A DNA stretch of 64,000 nt, from assembly GCA_949297125.1 (NCBI GenBank), contig CASFRS010000024.1, positions 18,596 to 82,595 on the forward strand. Reading direction: 5' to 3'. Shown here piece after piece: positions 50,573 to 57,623 of the stretch; positions within the stretch are counted from its first letter, which is position 1, and every line of letters begins with the position of its first letter. A program made the translations under genes and the position numbers. The notes below the pieces were generated by a model that saw only the letters and a list, made by a program, of their open reading frames with translations, had not been told where the DNA came from and searched no databases. The stretch is from an uncultured Bacteroidales bacterium. Lineage in GTDB: Bacteria; Bacteroidota; Bacteroidia; Bacteroidales; G3-4614.

Positions 50573-51088
50573 ATGGAAAAAGAGATGAAGGAGACAGATA
50601 TATACGATATAAAAGACAATGTCGTAGAACTTATAGGAAAGGAGTGGATGCTGATAACGGCCGGCAGTATCGAAAATTTCAATACAATGACGGCAAGTTG
50701 GGGGAACATGGGCTTTTTGTGGGGCAAGCCTGTAGTAACGGTCTATGTCCGCCCGCAGCGGTATACGCTGGAATTCCTGGAGCGGGAAGAGTGCTTTACG
50801 TTGTCGTTTTTTTCAGGGAAATACCGCGAAGCATTGAATATATGCGGAACAAAATCTGGCCGGGATACCGATAAGGTGGCGGAATCGGGGCTGACCCCGT
50901 ATTCTCCGGCCGACGGGACGGTTTCGTTTGAAGAGGCCCGGATGGTCATTAAGTGCCGCAAACTCTATAAGGGAAAGCTCGGCGAAGAAGAATTTATCGA
51001 TAAGTCGCTGCTGCCGAAGTGGTATCCGCAAAGAGACCTGCACTATATGTATATTGCGGAGATAGAGAAAGTCTGGGTAGGGAGATAG
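50573..51088 (+). CDS. flavin reductase-like (FMN-binding split-barrel) protein
   Basis: 171 aa, starting 1 nt after the upstream stop. 'GKEWMLITAGSIENFNTMTASWGNMGFLWGKPVVTVYVRPQRYT' is typical of the flavin_reduct family. Confidence 0.85.
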   Translation: MEKEMKETDIYDIKDNVVELIGKEWMLITAGSIENFNTMTASWGNMGFLWGKPVVTVYVRPQRYTLEFLEREECFTLSFFSGKYREALNICGTKSGRDTDKVAESGLTPYSPADGTVSFEEARMVIKCRKLYKGKLGEEEFIDKSLLPKWYPQRDLHYMYIAEIEKVWVGR

Positions 51089-51128
51089 GGCATCCGTTAC
51101 CGGGCCTGAGCGAAGGCGCAAACCCAGT

Positions 51129-51389
51129 TTACCGGAGCGGTTTTCCGGATGCTGCCTGCCGGAGAGATTCTATGATAAGCGATATGTCATTGCGGTTCAG
51201 ACCGGATGAAATCTTTTCCAGCAAGGAGATTATTTCCCCGAGCGACAGGTCTGCCCCGCCGCAGACTATTCCCGGAGATTCGATGAAAAATACGCCGTAT
51301 CCCATGCCGGAAGCGTTGCAGAGTTTTATAAGTTCAAGGCACTTCCTGTGCAGCAGTTTCTCCGGAATAGAGTTTCTCGCAGTTCCCAT
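51129..51389 (-). CDS. small hypothetical protein (86 aa)
   Basis: ATG start. Codon usage looks host-like (ATA, TCG, CTT/CTC/CTG preferred). Divergent from the XRE regulator. No recognisable domain. Confidence 0.45.
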   Translation of the reverse strand: MGTARNSIPEKLLHRKCLELIKLCNASGMGYGVFFIESPGIVCGGADLSLGEIISLLEKISSGLNRNDISLIIESLRQAASGKPLR

Positions 51390-51423
51390 GAAGGATCGAT
51401 AAGATGAATAATACCCGGGTGTA

Positions 51424-51441
51424 AAACTATAAAAATAGTTT
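51424..51441. promoter_or_regulatory. operator-like inverted repeat AAACTAT-AAAA-ATAGTTT
   Basis: Perfect 7-bp arms with a 4-bp spacer, centred in the 93-bp gap between the divergent 86-aa ORF and the XRE regulator gene. Confidence 0.45.
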
Positions 51442-51482
51442 CAAACAACAAAATATTAGGATAAACAATCTTGAATATCGAT

Positions 51483-51956
51483 ATGGATACGAACAGACGT
51501 CTTGTGTATAGCGGCGAAAAATTCCGCGATTTTCTGGCTGCGAACCACATAACATATCAGGAGGCCTCAAATGTTTTGGGTATAGACAAGAATACTATCG
51601 GGAAAGCAGTTCGCGGAGGCAATCTCAATACATCCATATTGCTGAAGATCTGCAATGAATACAAACTCGATTTGAACGATTTTTTCGTTGCCGAGGACGG
51701 GTCGGAAATCGCATCGGAAAAAGGCGCGGGGACATATTGCGGGCAAGACAACGCCGCTCTCCCGGATGAAGGTGCATGGTGTGCTGCCGAAAAGGAAGAA
51801 CCCTACGCAAGCGGTTCGGGAATAGCCCCGGGTGTTATGGAAGAGTTGCTGCGTTCAAAGGAGAAGGAGATAGCCCGCTTGAGAATGCTTGTAAAGCTCT
51901 ATCAGGAGAGGGCGGACATGTTGCAGCAGAAACTTGTCAGGGGGTTGAAGGAGTGA
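51483..51956 (+). CDS. XRE-family helix-turn-helix transcriptional regulator with C-terminal coiled coil
   Basis: The track start at 51471 is a TTG; the first ATG is at 51483 (MDTNRRL). HTH 'ITYQEASNVLGIDKNTIGKAVRGGNLNTSILLKICNEYKLDLNDFF'. C-terminal heptads (EKEIARLRMLVKLYQERADMLQQKL). Confidence 0.8.
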   Translation: MDTNRRLVYSGEKFRDFLAANHITYQEASNVLGIDKNTIGKAVRGGNLNTSILLKICNEYKLDLNDFFVAEDGSEIASEKGAGTYCGQDNAALPDEGAWCAAEKEEPYASGSGIAPGVMEELLRSKEKEIARLRMLVKLYQERADMLQQKLVRGLKE

Positions 51957-52689
51957 TACCCGTATACACGGCACATGCCCCGAAAGTCATGTAGCGGTAC
52001 CTGCACCCGGCGAACCCTGCCGATTCCATAAGGGCCACCATTTTTTTCCCTTGCGGCATGGCATGAATCGACTCCCCCAAATATTCGTAAGCCATGAAGT
52101 CCTTGGCTATTATCCGTCCGAGCAGCGGGATTACGGTTTTTGTATAAATATCGTATCCCAGTCTGTAAAGCGGGTTCTCCGGAACGGTGAGTTCCAGAAT
52201 GGAAACCATGCCTCCCGGTTTCAGGACACGCGATATTTCCGACAGCCCAAGTTTCAGGCCCTTGAAATTCCTGACGCCGAAAGCAACCGTTACGGCATCG
52301 AAAGCGGCATCTTTGAAAGGAAGGGCCGAACAGTCTCCGTTGCAGAAAGTGATTTTCTTGCCGAGGCCGGCCGCAGCGGCTTTTTTCCGTGCCATATCCA
52401 GCATCCCCTCCGATATATCGCACCCAGTTATGGCGTGCGGCAGAATCATGTCGTATATCATGAATGCCATATCGCCGGTTCCTGTGGCAATATCCAGGAT
52501 ATCCCCGTCCTTGCAGCCTGCTATTTCCTTTATGGCCGAACGTCTCCACCGCCTGTCCTGCCCCATGGAAATAATCCTGTTCATCAGATCGTATGCAGGT
52601 GATATAGTATCGAACATCCTGCTTATCTGTTTTCCCTTGTCCTCGTTTTCATTATAGGGCTTTATGCTCTCAACGCCGCGCTTTTGCAT
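51937..52689 (-). CDS. ubiE: demethylmenaquinone / ubiquinone-type C-methyltransferase
   Basis: 250 aa. 'MFDTISPAYDLMNRIISMGQDRRWR' and the SAM motif 'ILDIATGTGD'. The 3' end overlaps the XRE gene by 20 nt (convergent). Confidence 0.92.
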   Translation of the reverse strand: MQKRGVESIKPYNENEDKGKQISRMFDTISPAYDLMNRIISMGQDRRWRRSAIKEIAGCKDGDILDIATGTGDMAFMIYDMILPHAITGCDISEGMLDMARKKAAAAGLGKKITFCNGDCSALPFKDAAFDAVTVAFGVRNFKGLKLGLSEISRVLKPGGMVSILELTVPENPLYRLGYDIYTKTVIPLLGRIIAKDFMAYEYLGESIHAMPQGKKMVALMESAGFAGCRYRYMTFGACAVYTGITPSTP

Positions 52690-52712
52690 TTGAATGGGTG
52701 TATGGTAAAACT

Positions 52713-52747
52713 ATCGGGCAACGGGAATCTGTTCCCATTGCCCCGAT
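52713..52747 (-). terminator. hairpin after purC
   Basis: ATCGGGCAACGGGAA-TCTG-TTCCCATTGCCCCGAT: ~14 bp with one mismatch and one bulge, 35 nt past the purC stop. Confidence 0.55.
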
Positions 52748-52781
52748 ATGATTTTTTCAGTCTTTCCCGAAAGGGGATAAT

Positions 52782-53729
52782 CTATCTCTTTGCGAGGAAT
52801 TCGGTAACGTTCTTTTCTATCCTCTCCTTTATGTCCCCCTGTTCGGTGCGGACGAACTTGTCTCCGGTAATATTCTCGTAAAGCTCTATGTAGCGGTCGG
52901 AAACGCTCATTACGTACTCTTCGGTCATTTCGGGGACCTGCTGTCCGGCCTTGCCCATGAACCCGTTTTCAATAAGCCATTGCCTTACGAACTCCTTCGA
53001 CAGCTGCTTCTGCGGTTCGCCTGCCTCGAAACGCTCCTGGTAACCGTCGGCATAAAAGTACCTGGACGAGTCGGGTGTGTGGATTTCGTCTATAAGGTAG
53101 ATTTTCCCGTCGCGCTTCCCGAATTCGTATTTCGTGTCTACAAGGATAAGCCCTTTTTCCTCTGCCATTTTCGACCCGCGTTCAAAAAGTGCGTAGGTAT
53201 ATTTCTCCATAAGTTCGTAGTCCTCCTTGTCTACAATCCCGTTGGCTATAATCTCCTCGCGCGAGATGTTCTCGTCGTGTCCTTCATCGGCTTTTGTCGT
53301 GGGGGTTATTATCGGGGTGGGGAACTTCTGGTTCTCGCGCATCCCTTCGGGCAGCCTTACGCCGCACAATACGCGGTTGCCCTCTTTATATTCCCTCCAT
53401 GCGCTGCCCGTAAGGTACCCCCTTATAATCATCTCTACCTTGAACCCTTCGCAGCGGAGGCCGGCAGTAACCATGGGATCGGGGGTCGCAATCTTCCAGT
53501 TTGGAACTATGTCGGCCGTTGCGTCGAGGAACTTGGCCGCTATCCTGTTCAGCACTTCCCCCTTGTAGGGAATCCCTTTGGGCAATATCACGTCGAAAGC
53601 CGAAATCCTGTCGGTTGCAATCATTACCAGAATATCATCGTTGATGTTGTATACATCGCGAACTTTTCCGTGGTAAACACTCTTTTGTCCCGGAAAGTTG
53701 AAATCCGTTTTTGTCAAAGCTTTTTCCAT
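52782..53729 (-). CDS. purC: phosphoribosylaminoimidazole-succinocarboxamide synthase (SAICAR synthetase)
   Basis: I prefer the ATG at 53729 ([27 protein letters not shown]) over the track start at 53777, which would overlap phoH. Has the ATDRISAFD motif. Confidence 0.93.
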   Translation of the reverse strand: MEKALTKTDFNFPGQKSVYHGKVRDVYNINDDILVMIATDRISAFDVILPKGIPYKGEVLNRIAAKFLDATADIVPNWKIATPDPMVTAGLRCEGFKVEMIIRGYLTGSAWREYKEGNRVLCGVRLPEGMRENQKFPTPIITPTTKADEGHDENISREEIIANGIVDKEDYELMEKYTYALFERGSKMAEEKGLILVDTKYEFGKRDGKIYLIDEIHTPDSSRYFYADGYQERFEAGEPQKQLSKEFVRQWLIENGFMGKAGQQVPEMTEEYVMSVSDRYIELYENITGDKFVRTEQGDIKERIEKNVTEFLAKR

Positions 53730-53742
53730 TATCGATATAAAA

Positions 53743-54726
53743 TTACATGTTGATTTTGTCGTTATTCTCTTTCTCACTCTTCAGCCTTTTCTGTTCTGCA
53801 TACTTTTCGTAAGCCTCCACTATTATCTGTACCAGCCTGTGCCGTACGATATCGTTCTTGTTGAAGCGGATTATTTCAATCCCCTTGATTCCCTTTAGTA
53901 TATCCACAGCCTGTACCAGGCCTGAGGTCTGTGCCGGCGGCAGGTCAATCTGGCTCATGTCGCCGGTTATTATCATCTTTGCGTTTATGCCAAGCCGGGT
54001 AAGAAACATCTTTATCTGGTGGACCGATGTGTTCTGCGCCTCGTCGAGAATCACTACCGCATCGTTCAGCGTGCGGCCGCGCATAAAGGCGAGGGGGGCA
54101 ATCTGTATGGTGCCGTTTTCCATCATCTCCTTCAATTTTACGGAAGGAATCATATCCTGCAGGGCATCATACAGGGGTTGCAGGTAGGGGTCTATCTTCT
54201 CCTTCATGTCTCCGGGAAGGAATCCGAGTTTCTCTCCGGCTTCAACGGCCGGCCTGCTTAATATTATTTTCTTGACCTCTTTATTCTTCAGGGCCTTTAC
54301 GGCAAGGGCTATGGCAATATAGGTCTTCCCCGTTCCGGCCGGCCCCAGGGCAAAGACCAGGTCGTTGCGTTCAAAGGCCGATACCAGTCTCTGCTGATTT
54401 TCCGTCCTTGCAATTATCTGCCGCCCGTTAATGCCGTGGATAATCAGGTTCTCCTGTTTTATCTCAAGCGGAGTCCCCCCGTTTACAATCGCTCCTATTA
54501 CCGTTCCGTCCAGCCTGTTGTATTCGGCGCAGTAATCTATTATCTGCCCGATGTGCTTTTCAAAACCGGCAATCTCCTTTTCCTCGCCTATAACCTTCAT
54601 TACGTTGCCGCGGGCAATTATGTGCAGTTTCGGGAACAGCAGTTTGATGAATTGCAGGTTGTCGTTGTTTATACCATAAAACACTACGGGATCGACATCG
54701 TCGATAATAATAGTCTTTTCAATCAT
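53743..54726 (-). CDS. phoH: PhoH-family ATPase
   Basis: 327 aa. Walker A '[11 protein letters not shown]' and the PhoH signature '[22 protein letters not shown]'. Confidence 0.93.
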   Translation of the reverse strand: MIEKTIIIDDVDPVVFYGINNDNLQFIKLLFPKLHIIARGNVMKVIGEEKEIAGFEKHIGQIIDYCAEYNRLDGTVIGAIVNGGTPLEIKQENLIIHGINGRQIIARTENQQRLVSAFERNDLVFALGPAGTGKTYIAIALAVKALKNKEVKKIILSRPAVEAGEKLGFLPGDMKEKIDPYLQPLYDALQDMIPSVKLKEMMENGTIQIAPLAFMRGRTLNDAVVILDEAQNTSVHQIKMFLTRLGINAKMIITGDMSQIDLPPAQTSGLVQAVDILKGIKGIEIIRFNKNDIVRHRLVQIIVEAYEKYAEQKRLKSEKENNDKINM

Positions 54727-54808
54727 TCCGTATAGAAATCCGTTGAATATTCAGTATGCAGCCATCCGTCCGGCATTCCGAAAGCCGGACAACCGGCACT
54801 GGAGGGCC

Positions 54809-54827
54809 TTTGCCGCTCTGCGGCAAA
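54809..54827. promoter_or_regulatory. palindrome TTTGCCG-N5-CGGCAAA overlapping the phoH -7 box
   Basis: Perfect 7-bp arms with a 5-bp spacer. A near-identical copy lies at 62998-63016. Confidence 0.45.
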
Positions 54828-54831
54828 TATA
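54824..54831 (-). promoter_or_regulatory. candidate -7 box TATATTTG (phoH-purC)
   Basis: Exact consensus on the minus strand. Its TTTG is the outer part of the palindrome at 54809-54827. Confidence 0.5.
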
Positions 54832-54882
54832 AGCCAATAATATCAAATCCCGCTTAGCGGGAGGCATAAAATTTTCTGCCGT

Positions 54883-54926
54883 AAAAAGCAGGCGGAGAGC
54901 CGATGAAAACCCTCCGCCTGCTTTTT
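54883..54926. terminator. terminator after the M23/LysM peptidase gene (bidirectional shape)
   Basis: AGCAGGCGGAG / CTCCGCCTGCT: 11-bp perfect stem flanked by A5 and T5. Confidence 0.75.
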
Positions 54927-54943
54927 ATGTATTGCAGTCATGC

Positions 54944-55846
54944 TTATCTTACTCTCAGAACGGTGCCTATGCGCAGTATCTTTTTGGACGATATGCCGTT
55001 AAGCCTGCAAAGCTGCGAAACCGAGGTGCCGTGTTTTGCTGCGATAGAAGAGAGCGTGTCGCCCGACTTGATTCTGTACGATGCATACGAACCGGAACTC
55101 TTCTGCTGCTTTTTCTTCGTGAAGACGTAAGTGTCGGTATGCGGGACCTTGTTTACAAAGTCGAAAATATCGTTGGGGTTGAGAGCCATGCCGAGGAACC
55201 GGGTCTCGAAGTGGAGGTGCGGTCCGGTTGAGCGTCCCGTACTTCCGCCCAGCGCAATGGGGTCGCCCACCTTTATTATCTGGTTCGGCTTTACGAGGAT
55301 TTTCGAGAGGTGTCCGTATACCGTCTCCAGCCCGTTGGGGTGGCGCATTACGACATAGTACCCGTAACCTCTCGCTTCGTAGGCCGTTTTCCTGACTTTA
55401 CCCGAGAATGCCGCTCTTACCGTATCTCCGGTTTGAAGTTTCAGGTCCACTCCTTTGTGCATGCGGTAGCGCCGCCACCCGTAGTCAGAGGTTTTGTATC
55501 CGGGTACGGGAATGCAGTAGTCCGAGACATCTATTGCAAAAGTGTCCGGTATGGCATTCTCCGAGAAAGTCTTTACCCATTTGTTGTCCCAGTCGTCGCT
55601 GTACAGTTCGGCTGCCGGGAACTCCGCCTCTATGGTTTTGAGCTGGTCGGCAATCAGCGACGAATCGACAACATTCATTATCTTGGGGATAACCTTGTTG
55701 TACGATATAAGGTCGTTTTGCATTACAGCATGGTGTTTCTGGGTGTTGAGCAATGACGATTGCCCGAAAGCCGTCCCGCTTTGCAGCATTGTTGCAAGTG
55801 CAAAGGCGGCGGTGGTCCTTAAAATGTTGAATTTCATTATCCGCAT
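54944..55846 (-). CDS. M23-family peptidase with C-terminal LysM domain
   Basis: 300 aa; the start may be the ATG at 55837. Signal peptide, M23 motifs (HKGVDLKL, GGSTGRSTGPHLHFE) and LysM (YRIKSGDTLSSIAAKHGTSVSQLCRLNGI). Confidence 0.9.
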   Translation of the reverse strand: MRIMKFNILRTTAAFALATMLQSGTAFGQSSLLNTQKHHAVMQNDLISYNKVIPKIMNVVDSSLIADQLKTIEAEFPAAELYSDDWDNKWVKTFSENAIPDTFAIDVSDYCIPVPGYKTSDYGWRRYRMHKGVDLKLQTGDTVRAAFSGKVRKTAYEARGYGYYVVMRHPNGLETVYGHLSKILVKPNQIIKVGDPIALGGSTGRSTGPHLHFETRFLGMALNPNDIFDFVNKVPHTDTYVFTKKKQQKSSGSYASYRIKSGDTLSSIAAKHGTSVSQLCRLNGISSKKILRIGTVLRVR

Positions 55847-55980
55847 AAAAGTTGTTGAAGCATGCCGCCCGGCATGTCGCGATAATTTATGTGTGAGCGG
55901 GCGGTAAATTCCGAAAAGGAAAACGTAAAAAACAGCCTGCCGTTTTTTACAGGTTTACTGCCCTGATTTTCAGATTTTCG

Positions 55981-55988
55981 CAAAGATA
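55981..55988 (-). promoter_or_regulatory. candidate -7 box TATCTTTG (M23/LysM peptidase)
   Basis: Exact consensus on the minus strand, ~135 nt upstream of the ATG. Confidence 0.45.
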
Positions 55989-56288
55989 GTCAAAATTTTC
56001 CGAGAAGCGAACATTTAAATATGTAAAATAATCTTTCCATTTCATGGGTTTTATTGGAACACACTGGTATTCAATATGTTGTATGCAAGGAAGTTTTATA
56101 TGTGCGTTTTTTCCTTGACGGGTTCTCCCGCGGAAAGAGGCGGGGCTTGGGCGGGAGGGTGAGTGAAGCAGGCTTTGGGGTATGGCAGGAATGTTCGCAA
56201 AAGTGCCTGCTTTGCCGTCTTTAATAAAGCGGTTCAATAAATTTGGTAAAAATATGGTCGATATTACTGTTATTTGTCGGAATCTTGT

Positions 56289-56296
56289 TATCTTTG
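56289..56296 (+). promoter_or_regulatory. candidate -7 box TATCTTTG (carAB)
   Basis: Exact consensus followed by C, 242 nt upstream of the carA ATG. A second exact box (TAAATTTG) lies at 56238-56245. Confidence 0.5.
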
Positions 56297-56537
56297 CACA
56301 CGGTAAAAAAGACTGTCGGTTCTCTCGTTCGCAGTGAGGGCGAATATGTGAGGCCGGGAAGTTCGGAATCCGTTTCGGAAGTTCTCAGGAACAGGCATGC
56401 GGCAAAAGCGTGCCGTAATGTTCGCAAGTATAGCGATTGCAAGCCGACTGTCCTACCTCGGGCATCGGTATTTTTTTGTATATATGCGCCGGCACTGAAC
56501 AGCGGACTGAAGTAAAAACCATAAACAATAAGATAAA

Positions 56538-57608
56538 ATGCAAAAGAAAAAAGCAACTTTGGTACTCGACGACGGAAGCCGTTTTGAGGGCATTTCGTTC
56601 GGGTATGAAAAGCCCGTGAGCGGAGAGGTTGTATTCAATACCTCCATGACAGGGTATACGGAGAATATGACCGACCCTTCGTATGTAGGGCAGATAGTAG
56701 TATTCACCTATCCGTTGATAGGGAATTACGGGATACCCTCGGAAGAATTGTTTGAAAACGGGCTTTCCAAGTTTTTCGAGTCGGACAAGATACACGTGGA
56801 AGCTATCGTGGTAAGCGATTATTCCGAAGACTATTCGCACTGGAATGCCGTAGAGAGCCTTTCGAACTGGATGATACGCCATCAGGTATCGGGAATTACC
56901 AATATCGACACGCGCGCCCTCACCAAGTTGTTGAGGGAAAAAGGGAGCATGAAAGGAAAAATCGTATTCAACAGCGACGACGAAATAGAATTCAAGGACC
57001 CCAATATAGAGAACCAGGTAAAGAAAGTAAGTTGCAAGGAGGTTAAATCGTACGGCGAGGGCAAGAAGACCGTTGTGCTTGTCGACTGCGGGGCGAAGCA
57101 CAATATCGTGCGTTGCCTGCTCAAGCGCGGCGTGAAGGTTGTATGCGTACCCTGGGACTACGATTTTACGACAATGGATTACGACGGGGTGTGTATCTCC
57201 AACGGGCCGGGCAACCCCAATACGTGCGACGAGGTTGTGGAGAATATCCGCAAGGCCATGCAGATAGGCAAGCCCATATTCGGGATATGCATGGGCAACC
57301 AGTTGCTGGCAAGGGCCGGAGGAGCAAAGGTATACAAACTCAAATACGGCCACCGCAGCGCGAACCAGCCGGTACGCAGGGTTGACTCCGACAGGTGTTT
57401 CGTAACCCCCCAGAACCACGGGTTTGCAGTAGACAACGATACCCTCGGTACGGAATGGGAGCCGTTCTTCATAAACATGAATGACGGGTCGAACGAAGGG
57501 ATACGCCACAAGACAAAGCCGTTCTTCTCGGTACAGTTCCATCCCGAAGCATCGGGGGGGCCGACGGAAACAGGTTACTTATTCGATAAATTTGTAGAAC
57601 TATTATAA
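56538..57608 (+). CDS. carA: carbamoyl-phosphate synthase small (glutaminase) subunit
   Basis: 356 aa. CPSase_sm N-domain (VFNTSMTGYTENMTDPSY) and the GATase triad region (GICMGNQ...HGF). Confidence 0.96.
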   Translation: MQKKKATLVLDDGSRFEGISFGYEKPVSGEVVFNTSMTGYTENMTDPSYVGQIVVFTYPLIGNYGIPSEELFENGLSKFFESDKIHVEAIVVSDYSEDYSHWNAVESLSNWMIRHQVSGITNIDTRALTKLLREKGSMKGKIVFNSDDEIEFKDPNIENQVKKVSCKEVKSYGEGKKTVVLVDCGAKHNIVRCLLKRGVKVVCVPWDYDFTTMDYDGVCISNGPGNPNTCDEVVENIRKAMQIGKPIFGICMGNQLLARAGGAKVYKLKYGHRSANQPVRRVDSDRCFVTPQNHGFAVDNDTLGTEWEPFFINMNDGSNEGIRHKTKPFFSVQFHPEASGGPTETGYLFDKFVELL

Positions 57609-57623
57609 TACCCCGACATAGCC

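Noticed and set aside
56243-56515. 90-aa ORF (and minus-strand ORFs 55947-56237, 56221-56556) in the M23/carA intergenic region
   Set aside because: It spans the predicted carA promoter boxes and leader. There are no motifs and the composition is atypical. The region is better explained as regulatory or leader sequence.
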